Positions 1 through 9,421 are shown, numbered from the stretch's first letter. The stretch is 64,000 nucleotides of DNA from Clostridia bacterium (GCA_017559305.1 JAFYSP010000028.1:2124-66123); one strand, 5' to 3'. Numbers and translations: made by a program. Notes: generated by a model from the sequence alone, not told the origin.

Positions 1-1
1 T

Positions 2-352
2 GCTCCCACGACGAACGAGGTATGTAATAAACTTAGAAATCTTGATTATATAGAAATAATTAATGATGCTTATAAAACCGCTTTTGATGTTCCTCTTGCG
101 GCAGACGTAAAAAAGGATCAAACGGCTATTCCGTTATCTACAGCAGGTTACGAAGTAACCGACTCCTGTCGTGGTTGCCTCGCACACCGTTGCGAGGATG
201 TGTGTAAGAGGGGAGCCTTCTCCTTTGATCACAATCACGTAGCTCACATTGACAAATCCAAATGTGTAGAGTGCGGTCAGTGTGCAAAGGTTTGCCCGTA
301 TTCTGCTATTGTTAACCGCAAACGTCCTTGTCAGGTTGCTTGTAAGGTTAAC
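2..352 (+). CDS. 4Fe-4S dicluster / [FeFe]-hydrogenase-like iron-sulfur protein, internal fragment (5' end outside the window, 3' part lost at the junction near nt 350)
   Basis: The frame is open from nt 2. The translation ...[68 protein letters not shown] contains a CxxCxxCxxxCP ferredoxin motif plus extra Cys clusters. The family-like sequence stops abruptly near nt 350. Confidence 0.6.
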
Positions 353-651
353 CCGGCTCAATCAACCCCCACACCAAGTTCCATGGTCAGGTTTACGTAT
401 TGAACAAGGAAGAAGGCGGACGTCATACTCCTTTCTTCAACAACTATCGTCCTCAGTTCTATTTCAGAACAACCGACGTTACCGGTGTTGTTTCTCTCCC
501 CGCAGGCACAGAGATGTGTATGCCTGGTGATAACATCGATATGGATGTTGAGCTCATCACTCCTATCGCTATTGAAGAAGGTCTCCGCTTCGCTATCCGT
601 GAAGGTGGACGTACTGTTGGTTCTGGCGTTGTTACCAAGATCAACGGCTAA
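352..651 (+). pseudogene. tuf: Elongation factor Tu, 3' fragment only (about 99 codons, domain 3); no N-terminal GTPase part
   Basis: The translation [99 protein letters not shown] is an unmistakable EF-Tu C-terminus. An in-frame TAA at 349-351 lies directly upstream. Confidence 0.85.
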
Positions 652-665
652 TTCTTAAATATTAA

Positions 666-697
666 AACACTGTCGAGCAATCGGCAGTGTTTTTTTA
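666..697 (+). terminator. Rho-independent terminator after the tuf fragment
   Basis: Stem CACTGTCGA/TCGGCAGTG followed by a T7 run. Confidence 0.7.
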
Positions 698-1099
698 TTG
701 AAATCATTTATATTTCGATTAAAAAAGCCGATATTGGATATTCCATATCGGCTTTTATACGTTACAGATTTCATTTGTTGAACATTTCTTTTTTATATTG
801 CATAGGTGTTAATTTGAAGTTTTTCTTAAAAAGTCTTGTGAAGGAAGAAAAGTTTGAGAACCCGCTGTTTATATACGCCTCGCTTACGTTAGCTCCGTTC
901 AACATTAAAACTATCGCATTCCAAAGGCGCTTTTTTGAAGAAATTTTTTTGGGGTCATACCAATGTGCCAGATAAAGTGTTTTTCAAGAGTGTTTATACT
1001 TATATGGCAAAAACTGCCTTATATAATATGTATAGAAATACGATTTATTTTAAGCTTTAAGGGCAATACTCCTTTTGTAATAAACAAGGAGGACGAGCC

Positions 1100-1876
1100 A
1101 TGTACAACAAGGTGGAAATTTGCGGAGTAGACACCTCGAAGCTGCCCGTAATGAAGGAAAAAGAAAAGGAGAAACTTTTACTTGCAGTAAGAGAAGGGGA
1201 TAAAAGCGCAAGAGAAAAACTTATAAACGGAAACTTAAAATTAGTGCTCAGTGTTATTCAGCGGTTTACGGGGCGAGGAGAAAATCTCGATGACCTTTTT
1301 CAAATAGGTTGTATAGGGCTTATAAAATCAATTGACAATTTTGATGTCACACAAAACGTTCGATTCTCTACCTATGCTGTTCCGATGATTATAGGCGAGA
1401 TAAGAAGGTACCTTCGTGACAATAGTCCCGTGAGAGTTTCAAGGTCAATCAAAGACGTCGCCTACAGAGCAATGAAAACAAAGGAACAACTCTTGGCGGA
1501 TTTGGGGCGTGAGCCAACCGTTGACGAACTTGCCGAAAGGTTGGAACTTCCTCGCAGCGAGGTGGTGTTGGCGCTTGAGAGCATCGTTGAGCCGCTGTCA
1601 CTTCAAGAGCCGGTCTATTCAGACGGAGGAGATACCATATACGTACTCGACCAGATAGGCGACAACAACGACGATAAAAACTGGCTTGATGAAATCGCTT
1701 TTCGTGAGGCAATAAAAACACTCGGCGAGAGGGAGAAAAAGATTTTGCAACTCCGTTTTATAGACGGCAGAACTCAGATGGAAGTGTCAAGGGAAATCGG
1801 AATTTCACAAGCGCAGGTGTCTCGCCTCGAAAAGAATGCTATAGATAGGATAAAAGGAGAGGATATCGGCATATAA
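1100..1876 (+). CDS. sigG: Sporulation sigma factor SigG (forespore, sigma-70 family)
   Basis: NKVEICGVDTSKLPVMK...REKLINGNLKLVLSVIQRF...FSTYAVPMIIGEIRRYLRDN...GISQAQVSRLEK is near-collinear with B. subtilis SigG. A strong RBS, AAGGAGG, lies upstream. Confidence 0.9.
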   Translation: MYNKVEICGVDTSKLPVMKEKEKEKLLLAVREGDKSAREKLINGNLKLVLSVIQRFTGRGENLDDLFQIGCIGLIKSIDNFDVTQNVRFSTYAVPMIIGEIRRYLRDNSPVRVSRSIKDVAYRAMKTKEQLLADLGREPTVDELAERLELPRSEVVLALESIVEPLSLQEPVYSDGGDTIYVLDQIGDNNDDKNWLDEIAFREAIKTLGEREKKILQLRFIDGRTQMEVSREIGISQAQVSRLEKNAIDRIKGEDIGI

Positions 1877-1902
1877 TGTTAAAAAACAAGGGAGAGAATG
1901 TT

Positions 1903-2205
1903 ATGTGTTGCAGAATAACTGATATGCGGCAAAAGCAGGTTGTTTGTATCAAAAGCGGAACACTGCTCGGATACGTCGGTGACGTCGAGGTCAACACCTG
2001 TGACGGAAAAATAGTAAATATCGTGGTGCTCGGAAGACCAAAATGCTTCGGGCTTTTCGGCAAATACGACGATATAATTCTGCCGTGGGACTGCATCGAG
2101 GTTATCGGCAGAGATGCAATGCTCGTAAACTTTGAGCCGTCATTTAATCAAAAAAGAAAAAAGTCGATTTTTGGCAATGCCTTTTCAGGAACTTATATGA
2201 ATTGA
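1903..2205 (+). CDS. YlmC/YmxH family sporulation protein (PRC-barrel)
   Basis: ITDMRQKQVVCIKSGTLLGYVGDVEVNTCDGKIVNIVVLG...ILPWDCIEVIGRDAMLV is the typical YlmC/YmxH pattern. The start was moved to the ATG at 1903, which follows the RBS AAGGGAGAG. Confidence 0.8.
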   Translation: MCCRITDMRQKQVVCIKSGTLLGYVGDVEVNTCDGKIVNIVVLGRPKCFGLFGKYDDIILPWDCIEVIGRDAMLVNFEPSFNQKRKKSIFGNAFSGTYMN

Positions 2206-2287
2206 TACCATAAATTTCTACCCGTAAATGAGAAATTAAGGGCATAATAAAATAGCAAGCACCGCCGCCTCGCAGAAAGGGAATTTT

Positions 2288-3538
2288 ATGCGAAGTAAAG
2301 TAAAACGGGTGTTATTGCCCATATTCGCCTTGCTGGCGGTAAGCAGTTGCTTGCTTTTTGCGTCTTGTTGGTATTTGCAAAAAAATCTGCCTCAAAGCAT
2401 CAGTTATACCGATAGTTTAGGAGTTATCGAAACAGGTATTTACAAGGTAACTGCCGAAAGAGTTGACAGTGTATCAAATGCAGGCAAAACCCAAAATGCC
2501 CAGAACATCACCGAGTATAATGCAATGTATAAAATTTTTGGCATTATACCCGTCGGAAAAACTCAGGTTGTAAAGGTGCCCGAAAGGTACGTTCAAGTGC
2601 TTGGCACACCCTTCGGCATTAAAATCTATGCAGACGGAGTAATGGTGGTGGGAATGAGTGAGGTTGACACCGAAAACGGAAATCTTTGCCCCGCAAAAGA
2701 GTGCGGAATTAAAGTGGGCGACGTCATTCATAAGGTAAACGGCAAACAGGTGTATTCCAATAAAGAGTTGGCAAAACTCGCCGAAAACTGTCAGGGAGAA
2801 AATTTGTGTATAGAATTATCGAGAAACGAAAAAACGATGACAGTAACGGTAACGCCTCGGTATTCGGTTACCGAAAAGTGTTATAAAATCGGTATTTGGG
2901 TAAGGGACTCGTCGGCAGGAATAGGAACGCTCACCTTTTATGACAGCGCATCAGGAATACTTGCAGGTCTCGGTCACGGAATAACAGATTCATCAACCAA
3001 AAAGATAATCCCCATAGCAAAGGGTGAACTGGTATCAGCCGAGATAATCAGTAGTGAAAAGAGTGTGCCCGGAGATCCGGGTGAACTTCACGGAAGATTC
3101 TCCTTAAAAAATCTTGGCAACTTGCTTTTAAACAGCGACAGCGGCGTGTATGGCACAGCAAAGTCGGTATTTGCTACCGACCGCTCTTACCCCGTTGCGA
3201 CTAAGCAGGAAATAAAGGTAGGAGAAGCCATGGTGTTGACTACGGTAGATGGTAGCGAACCAAAATGGTATAAGTGCAGAATTGACAAGGTGTATTTTTC
3301 GGCAAGAGAAGAATCAATGGATATGGCGGTGAGCATTTCAGACCCCGAATTGCTCGAAAAAACGGGCGGAATTGTGCAGGGTATGAGCGGCTCCCCCATT
3401 ATCCAGAACGGAAAACTCATAGGCGCAGTTGCACACGTATTTGTAAATGAGCCGACAAAGGGATATGCAATATTTGCCGAAGACATGCTCGAAGTTTCAA
3501 TTAATTGCTCCAAAACCCAACTAAAAGATGCATCATAA
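2288..3538 (+). CDS. spoIVB: SpoIVB peptidase (S55 serine peptidase with PDZ domain)
   Basis: N-terminal TM segment, then a PDZ-like region (GIKVGDVIHKVNG) and the S55 catalytic region GGIVQGMSGSPIIQNGKLIGAVAHVF. Confidence 0.9.
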   Translation: MRSKVKRVLLPIFALLAVSSCLLFASCWYLQKNLPQSISYTDSLGVIETGIYKVTAERVDSVSNAGKTQNAQNITEYNAMYKIFGIIPVGKTQVVKVPERYVQVLGTPFGIKIYADGVMVVGMSEVDTENGNLCPAKECGIKVGDVIHKVNGKQVYSNKELAKLAENCQGENLCIELSRNEKTMTVTVTPRYSVTEKCYKIGIWVRDSSAGIGTLTFYDSASGILAGLGHGITDSSTKKIIPIAKGELVSAEIISSEKSVPGDPGELHGRFSLKNLGNLLLNSDSGVYGTAKSVFATDRSYPVATKQEIKVGEAMVLTTVDGSEPKWYKCRIDKVYFSAREESMDMAVSISDPELLEKTGGIVQGMSGSPIIQNGKLIGAVAHVFVNEPTKGYAIFAEDMLEVSINCSKTQLKDAS

Positions 3539-3540
3539 AA

Positions 3541-3566
3541 AACCGCTCCTTTTGGAGCGGTTTTTT
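3541..3566 (+). terminator. Rho-independent terminator after spoIVB
   Basis: AACCGCTCC-TTTT-GGAGCGGTT followed by a T run. Confidence 0.7.
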
Positions 3567-3629
3567 CAATAGCTTTCACCTTGCCAAGATAAAACCCTTG
3601 TGCTATACTAAAAGCAAAGGGGTGGGCCG

Positions 3630-4034
3630 ATGAAACAACAGGTTATTGATTACATAAAAGATAAGTATTCGGTGTCGCCCGATTATCCTTTTGATGAGGA
3701 TAATATGACCGCCGTTTTCCGCAATCCGAAAAATGACAAGTGGTTTGGCATCATAATGTGCTCCCTGCCGCTTTCTAAAATCGGCGGCAAAGGGGAGAAA
3801 AGGGTCGATGTTATAAACCTCAAATGCGATCCTCTGCTTCAGTATACTCTGCTCGACGGCAAGACAATATTCAAGGCGTATCATATGAACAAGGAGCATT
3901 GGATAACCGTTTTGCTCGACGGCTCGGCGGATTTTGACAAACTTGCCGAACTTATAAATATGAGTTACGACCTCATTGAAAAAAAGACCAAAAAAATCAA
4001 AACCAAAGCCCCGAAATACGAGGATATGTGGTAA
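3630..4034 (+). CDS. MmcQ/YjbR family DNA-binding protein
   Basis: YPFDEDNMTAVFRNPKNDKWFGIIM...VDVINLKCDP...HMNKEHWITVLLDG is the family pattern. Confidence 0.75.
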   Translation: MKQQVIDYIKDKYSVSPDYPFDEDNMTAVFRNPKNDKWFGIIMCSLPLSKIGGKGEKRVDVINLKCDPLLQYTLLDGKTIFKAYHMNKEHWITVLLDGSADFDKLAELINMSYDLIEKKTKKIKTKAPKYEDMW

Positions 4035-4048
4035 AAAGGAGAAAGATT

Positions 4049-4975
4049 ATGAGCAGTTTTGAAAATTTAAGAATTGTTGACAATTTTTATCAGACGTCGC
4101 TTTATTTCCCGATGCCGACGGTTGTCATCAGCACACTTTGTGAGGACGGAAGCACCAATTTGGGCCCCTACTCACTCGTTCAGCCCTACTACGTAGCAGG
4201 TAAGGATTATTATGCGATGCTGCTTTGTTGCCGCAACTCCTCAAATACCGCCCAAAACATTCTCAGAAACGGCAAATGCACACTCAATTTTATCGACGAT
4301 AAACCCAAAACCTTTGCCGAGGCGGTAAAACTTTCATGGCCGGGCGACAAGCCGAGCGAAAAGATGCCCAAGTGCAATTTCAAACTTGAAAAATCACTTT
4401 TAGAGGAAGAAACGGGAGAGCAAAGACCCATGGTGCTGACCGACGCTATCGAGGCGGTCGAGTGTACCTGGGTGCGTGAACTTGACGGCGCCGATAAAGA
4501 CGTGGCAGGGGAACTGAACGGTTACGAGCCGCCATACCACGATTTCAACGGAATCACCTCGAAATTCGGTGCCCATTTCATACTTAAAATTGATAAAATA
4601 CTCATGAAAAAGAAATACCGTGACGCCATTATAAATGGTGTTACCGCAAAGGATTTTCCGCCACTTCCCGTAGACTACGGTTACAGAGATTCAAAGAATT
4701 TCTGGTTCCACAGAAAGAGTAGAATGAGAGCAGAACTTCTTAAAATGAGAGAGGCGTCTCTCGAATCGGTCCGCTATGCCGCCGACAGAGCCGACGATAA
4801 AGTAAAGTTTACCGACGATGCGCTGAAAACAGTTCTCGCAGTGCCGAGAGTTTTCCTACCTCTCGTTCTTAAAGGATGCGTTGACTGGGCAAAGGAAAAC
4901 GGAGTAGAACTTATAACAGCCGAGCATATGCAGATAATTAACGATAAAAGATCCAAGGAAAAGAATAAGAAATAA
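4049..4975 (+). CDS. Flavin reductase-like (FMN-binding split-barrel) domain protein with a C-terminal extension
   Basis: N-terminal PMPTVVISTLCEDGSTNLGPYSLVQPYY resembles flavin reductase family proteins. The start was set at the ATG after the RBS AAAGGAG. Confidence 0.5.
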   Translation: MSSFENLRIVDNFYQTSLYFPMPTVVISTLCEDGSTNLGPYSLVQPYYVAGKDYYAMLLCCRNSSNTAQNILRNGKCTLNFIDDKPKTFAEAVKLSWPGDKPSEKMPKCNFKLEKSLLEEETGEQRPMVLTDAIEAVECTWVRELDGADKDVAGELNGYEPPYHDFNGITSKFGAHFILKIDKILMKKKYRDAIINGVTAKDFPPLPVDYGYRDSKNFWFHRKSRMRAELLKMREASLESVRYAADRADDKVKFTDDALKTVLAVPRVFLPLVLKGCVDWAKENGVELITAEHMQIINDKRSKEKNKK

Positions 4976-4995
4976 AAATAAAGCCCATCAGGGCT

Positions 4996-5523
4996 TTATT
5001 TTTTTATTCCGTATTGCGCTGTCAGGGGATCTGCAAAGATAGGAATTTTCGGTGTCAGATAGGTAAACAGTATAAAAAGTATTCCTATAAACAAAATAAC
5101 TCCGAGGCATAACGCTTTGTTGCAACGCTTACTTCCTTTGTTAAACTTTTTGGTTTCTGTTATGAAAGTGAGTGCGGCGGATACGAAAAAGATAGTGATG
5201 TTTATCCAATCGGGCGATTTGCCGAAAACTCCGTTATAGGTATAAAAAATGGTCGGAATTGCAATAAGACCCGTTAGCATTCCTTTTAATTTTATGCATA
5301 GGAAATTTTCCCACTCCTTAAAGAAAAAGGATTGAAAAATTGCAAAAATCAGTAAGGGAAAATACAGCAGTTTCATATGCTCCCAGGTTGATTCGTTTAC
5401 TGCCGAAAAGGGCGCAATAAAACCGCTTTGATTAGTCCAATCATAAAGAAAATGCAGTACCGTGCCAAAAAGAGAGGTAAAAACAAAACCGCCGAATTGC
5501 CAAATTCCTAAATTTTCTTTCAT
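4996..5523 (-). CDS. Integral membrane protein (DUF6512-like)
   Basis: Five to six predicted TM segments. The LHFLYDW...AVNESTWEHMKLLYFP motif is one I recall from DUF6512 proteins. Confidence 0.5.
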   Translation of the reverse strand: MKENLGIWQFGGFVFTSLFGTVLHFLYDWTNQSGFIAPFSAVNESTWEHMKLLYFPLLIFAIFQSFFFKEWENFLCIKLKGMLTGLIAIPTIFYTYNGVFGKSPDWINITIFFVSAALTFITETKKFNKGSKRCNKALCLGVILFIGILFILFTYLTPKIPIFADPLTAQYGIKK

Positions 5524-5568
5524 AATACCACCTCATTTTTGAATTTATGCCGAGCGGTAAGATAATAT

Positions 5569-6240
5569 TCAGTTATCATACAACTGCAATCTTTTTTGAT
5601 CGTCGCAGATTCCGAGCAAAACCTCTTTTGCCGAGTGTTTTCCGAGTGATGCAAGTTCGTTTTGGAGCCACTTTTCATCAAGACCGATCCGATAAAGATT
5701 TTCTCCTAAAATGCGTCCGTCCATTATAACCTCGGTGAATATAACTTCGGGTTTCGGAATCAGATTCATATCTTCGGGGGTGGCGGGGCGTCTGGTTGCT
5801 TTCGGCAGAACCGACAATTTACCGTTGTACTCAAAAACCGCAACGGCAATATCATCAAGATTGAAGAATCCCGCCTGCCTGCACATAAGCATAAATTCGC
5901 TCAGATCGAGTTTTGCTTTTTTGAGGTTTTTTCTGTAAATTCTGCCGCTGCTCATAAGAATTGTTGGTGTGCCGTTGATATATTTTCTCGATTTCGGGAA
6001 CTTGCTTGCCGCAAATGCGAGTCCGAGCGTCACCACGCCGTAAACCACCATCGCAACGAGCGGCTTGAGAGGTTCTTCGAGTTCGGTTGCAAGTTCGGCG
6101 CCGATTGAACCGATTGTAATGCCCGTAATGTAATCGAAAAAATCAAGTTGCGCCACCTGTTTGTGACCTATAATCTTTGCAATTATAAATAGTGCCGCCG
6201 CCGACAAAAGCGACGTCAGAACAACTTGTAATATTTCCAT
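5569..6240 (-). CDS. DUF421 (YetF-like) membrane protein
   Basis: IIGHKQVAQLDFFDYITGITIGSIGAELAT and a C-terminal YetF-like domain. The start is at 6240, behind the RBS AAGAGGTG. Confidence 0.75.
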   Translation of the reverse strand: MEILQVVLTSLLSAAALFIIAKIIGHKQVAQLDFFDYITGITIGSIGAELATELEEPLKPLVAMVVYGVVTLGLAFAASKFPKSRKYINGTPTILMSSGRIYRKNLKKAKLDLSEFMLMCRQAGFFNLDDIAVAVFEYNGKLSVLPKATRRPATPEDMNLIPKPEVIFTEVIMDGRILGENLYRIGLDEKWLQNELASLGKHSAKEVLLGICDDQKRLQLYDN

Positions 6241-6403
6241 AATACACCTCTTTTCAGATAGTTTTCCCATAACATTTAGGATTAAACCTTCCGTTTTGAT
6301 TTGGAGAGATAAAGAAATTTAATTATAAGGGTTGAGTTTGAAAGGAAAATGGTGTATAATAAATTGATTTAAATTTCGTTTAATTTCTATTGGGGTGTAA
6401 ATT

Positions 6404-7669
6404 ATGGATATTAAACCATTTGAGAAAAAAGTTTGGTTGGCATCACCTACTATGCATGGGGATGAACTTGAATACGTAAAACAGGCGTATGAAACCAACT
6501 GGATGTCTACTGTCGGCGAGAATATCAATGAGGTAGAGCGACTCGCCGCAAAGAGCGCAGAGGTGAATTATGCCGTTGCCCTTTCTTGCTGTACCGCCGC
6601 TTTGCATCTTTGCGTAAAATCCGCAGGTGAAAGACTTTACGGTAAACCTGCTATCGGTCACGGTGCACTTGAGGGCAAGAGAGTGTTTTGCTCTGACATG
6701 ACCTTTGATGCAACTCTTAACCCCGTCGTTTACGAGGGCGGCACACCTATATTCATAGATACCGAAAAGGATTCCTGGAATATGGATCCTATAGCGCTCG
6801 AAAAAGCATTTGAACTTTATCCCGACGTAAAACTCGTCGTATCAGCAGAACTTTATGGCTTTACGGGTAGAATGGACGTTATAAAGGAAATCTGCGAAAA
6901 GCATGGTGCTTTACTTATTGAGGACGCTGCCGAAGCAATGGGCGCTACTCTTCACGGCAAACAGTGCGGCTCGTTTGGCGATTATTCCGCCGTCAGTTAT
7001 AACGGTAACAAAATTATTACGGGTTCATCTGGCGGATGTTTGCTTACCAACGATATCGAGGTTGCAAACAAGGCAAGAAAATGGTCTACACAAGCCCGTG
7101 AAAACGCTCCTTGGTATCAGCACGAAGAGGTTGGTTACAACTATCGTATGAGCAACGTTATAGCAGGTGTCGTCCGTGGACAGTATCCATATCTTGCAGA
7201 GCATATTTCACGTAAAAAAGCAATCTATGACAGATATTGCGAGGGATTTAAAGATCTTCCTGTCAAGATGAATCCTATTATTGAGGATTCGGTTCCTAAC
7301 TATTGGCTTTCCGCAATGGTTATTGACAGAGAGTATATGTGCCGTCAGGTTCGTGATGACAGCACCGCTCTTTACGTAAAGGAAGAGGGCAAAACCTGTC
7401 CTACCGAGATTTTGGAAAAACTCGCAAGTTACAATGCCGAAGGCAGACCGATCTGGAAGCCGATGCATATGCAACCTATGTACCGTATGCACGAGTTTAT
7501 CACAAGACAAGGATCGGGCAGAGCAAAAACAAATGCATATATTGCAGGCGGTGTTGCTGACGTCGGTGCCGATATTTTCGACAGAGGACTTTGTCTGCCC
7601 AGTGATATAAATATGACAGCCGAGCAACAGGACGTAATTATTGAGATTGTCCGTTCTTGCTTTAAGTAA
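6404..7669 (+). CDS. DegT/DnrJ/EryC1/StrS family PLP-dependent sugar aminotransferase
   Basis: MHGDELEYVKQAYETNWMS...AVSYNGNKIITGSSGGCLLTND includes the PLP-lysine context. Confidence 0.85.
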   Translation: MDIKPFEKKVWLASPTMHGDELEYVKQAYETNWMSTVGENINEVERLAAKSAEVNYAVALSCCTAALHLCVKSAGERLYGKPAIGHGALEGKRVFCSDMTFDATLNPVVYEGGTPIFIDTEKDSWNMDPIALEKAFELYPDVKLVVSAELYGFTGRMDVIKEICEKHGALLIEDAAEAMGATLHGKQCGSFGDYSAVSYNGNKIITGSSGGCLLTNDIEVANKARKWSTQARENAPWYQHEEVGYNYRMSNVIAGVVRGQYPYLAEHISRKKAIYDRYCEGFKDLPVKMNPIIEDSVPNYWLSAMVIDREYMCRQVRDDSTALYVKEEGKTCPTEILEKLASYNAEGRPIWKPMHMQPMYRMHEFITRQGSGRAKTNAYIAGGVADVGADIFDRGLCLPSDINMTAEQQDVIIEIVRSCFK

Positions 7670-7675
7670 ATTCTA

Positions 7676-7704
7676 AAAACCGCGGACTAAAACCGCGGTT
7701 TTTT
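7676..7704 (+). terminator. Rho-independent terminator
   Basis: AAAACCGCGG...CCGCGGTTTTTT. Confidence 0.65.
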
Positions 7705-7720
7705 GTGAATGGGAGAAAAA

Positions 7721-8512
7721 ATGAAAAGTATACTTATTACAGGTGGTATGGGCGGAATGGGTCTTGCTACTGCCAAACTCTTGGCGGCTCAGGGCTTTAA
7801 GGTTTTTTGCCTTGACAGGAAAGGGCAAACCACTCAGGAAAACATACTGTTTATTGAAACCGACGTGACCGACGAGCAGAGTGTCAAGGCGGCATTTCAA
7901 AAGATAACGGCAGAAACAAATGAACTTTGCGGAATTTTGCATTTCGCAGGAATTTATGTTTTAGACTCCTTGATTGAAATAGGTGACGAGCAATTCAAAG
8001 AGACGGTTGACGTCAATCTGCACGGTGTGTTTTTAATAAACAAGGTCTTTTTCCCACTGCTGAAAAGAGGATCCAAAATCATCGTTACAACAAGCGAGTT
8101 GGCGCCGTTAGATCCGCTTCCCTTCACGGGACTTTATGCTTTGACAAAATCGGCGCTTGATAAATACGCTTATTCGCTCAGAATGGAACTTCAACTTTTA
8201 GGTATTGACGTTTCGGTCATTCGAGCAGGTGCGGTTGATACGGGAATGCTTGGGGTGTCTACCTCTCATCTCGACAGATTTTGCGAGCAGACAAAACTTT
8301 ACTCTTTCTCTGCAAAGCGTTTTAAAAGGATTGTCAACAGCGTGGAAACAAGATGTGTACCGCCTCAAAAAATAGCAGAAAAAGCAGCGAAAATACTCAA
8401 AAAGAAAAACCCGAAATTCGTTTATAATATAAACAGAAACCCACTTTTATTGTTGCTTAATTTGTTGCCGAAAGGAACGCAACTTTTCGCAATAAGAATG
8501 ATTTTAAGATAA
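7721..8512 (+). CDS. SDR family oxidoreductase
   Basis: ILITGGMGGMGLATAKLL is the Rossmann glycine motif and YALTKSALDKY is the YxxxK catalytic motif. Confidence 0.8.
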   Translation: MKSILITGGMGGMGLATAKLLAAQGFKVFCLDRKGQTTQENILFIETDVTDEQSVKAAFQKITAETNELCGILHFAGIYVLDSLIEIGDEQFKETVDVNLHGVFLINKVFFPLLKRGSKIIVTTSELAPLDPLPFTGLYALTKSALDKYAYSLRMELQLLGIDVSVIRAGAVDTGMLGVSTSHLDRFCEQTKLYSFSAKRFKRIVNSVETRCVPPQKIAEKAAKILKKKNPKFVYNINRNPLLLLLNLLPKGTQLFAIRMILR

Positions 8513-8524
8513 AGGAGAAAACTT

Positions 8525-8977
8525 ATGTTGAAAATCGGAGATAAAGCCCCAAATTTCACACTTAAAGATAAAAACGGAAATGACGTGTCGATGTCAGATT
8601 TCCTCGGCAAAAAGGTAGTTTTGTATTTTTACCCAAAGGATAACACCCCGGGTTGCACCCGTCAGGCATGTGCTTTCGCAGCGGTTTATCAGGAATTCCA
8701 AAAGAAAAACGTCGAGGTTATCGGCATCAGTAAGGATAGCGTAGCATCTCATATAAAATTTGCCGAAAAGCACAATTTGCCCTTTATTTTACTTGCCGAC
8801 CCAGAAAGAGTTGCCATCGAGGGATATGGTGTGTGGCAGGAAAAGGTTATGTGCGGAAAAAAGGGAATGGGCGTTGTCCGTACTACCTTTATAATTGATG
8901 AAAAGGGAAATATCGAGAAGATTATGCCCAAAGTAAAACCCGACACCAACGCATCAGAAATCCTCGCCGAACTGTAA
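8525..8977 (+). CDS. bcp: Thioredoxin-dependent thiol peroxidase (peroxiredoxin Bcp)
   Basis: VVLYFYPKDNTPGCTRQAC is the peroxidatic Cys motif. The 150 aa length is typical. Confidence 0.9.
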   Translation: MLKIGDKAPNFTLKDKNGNDVSMSDFLGKKVVLYFYPKDNTPGCTRQACAFAAVYQEFQKKNVEVIGISKDSVASHIKFAEKHNLPFILLADPERVAIEGYGVWQEKVMCGKKGMGVVRTTFIIDEKGNIEKIMPKVKPDTNASEILAEL

Positions 8978-9023
8978 TCACCCCCACCTTTTACAACACT
9001 TGAAATAAAATTCCAAGGACATA

Positions 9024-9245
9024 GGCGTTGTGTTCCTAGGGACACAACGCCAACTCTATTCGCCTGAGGCGAGTTCTATTGCTTCGCAGTTGTATTTGGA
9101 CTTCGTCCAAGTGATATTCGCTACGCGAGTTTTGGCGGCGAATAGAATATCACTTTTGCGACAGCAAAAATATCACGCTGACGAAGTCAGCATATCACTA
9201 AAAACTATCAGGAAGTGCGCACTTACTCACCACTTTGTGTGGTAG
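9024..9245. repeat. Array of about 9 short hairpins (4-10 bp stems, 3-5 nt loops) separated by A/T-rich spacers with a recurring ATATCAC motif
   Basis: GGCGTTGTGT/ACACAACGCC, TCGCC-TGA-GGCGA, TTGGAC-TTC-GTCCAA, TCGC-TAC-GCGA, TTGC-GACA-GCAA, GCTGAC-GAA-GTCAGC, ACCAC-TTTGT-GTGGT, and the palindrome AAGTGCGCACTT. Confidence 0.4.
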
Positions 9246-9253
9246 TGCTAATA

Positions 9254-9292
9254 AAAAAGTCGATACGGAAATAAATCCATATCGACTTTTTT
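9254..9292. terminator. Bidirectional hairpin terminator between the bcp 3' region and the tRNA locus
   Basis: AAAAAGTCGATA...TATCGACTTTTTT has A and T runs on both sides. Confidence 0.6.
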
Positions 9293-9308
9293 ACTGTCTT
9301 TAAGAACA

Positions 9309-9421
9309 CGGCGCCAGTTTTGTTGTGCGTTTTTCGAATCATTACAAAATAAAAGCAACCCCTACATAAAGTAGAGATTGCTTTATGGTCGGGGTGACCG
9401 GGCTCGAACCGACGACATCCA
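9309..9421. repeat. 113-bp perfect direct repeat, copy 1 (tRNA-Pro nt 41-76 plus 77 nt of downstream flank including the terminator hairpin)
   Basis: By eye, identical to 9547-9659 at an offset of 238 bp. Confidence 0.9.
9386..9421 (-). pseudogene. tRNA-Pro 3' half only (nt 41-76, including T-arm, acceptor 3' strand and CCA)
   Basis: The reverse complement TGGATGTCGTCGGTTCGAGCCCGGTCACCCCGACCA is identical to the 3' part of the intact tRNA-Pro at 9624-9699. No acceptor 5' strand or D-arm lies upstream. Confidence 0.85.

Noticed and set aside
775-975. 66-aa ORF upstream of sigG
   Set aside because: It has a TTG start, no RBS and no recognisable family, and it lies in an A/T-rich promoter-type region.
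1000-1099. SigF/SigG-type forespore promoter upstream of sigG
   Set aside because: GGCAATACT resembles a sigma-F -10 element (GGnnAnAnT), but I could not find a properly spaced -35 element (GYATA). I therefore do not report a promoter here.
9024-9245. Hairpin array as a CRISPR array
   Set aside because: The stems all differ in sequence and length, the spacing is irregular (about 15-30 nt), no repeat unit recurs exactly, and no cas genes are in the window.
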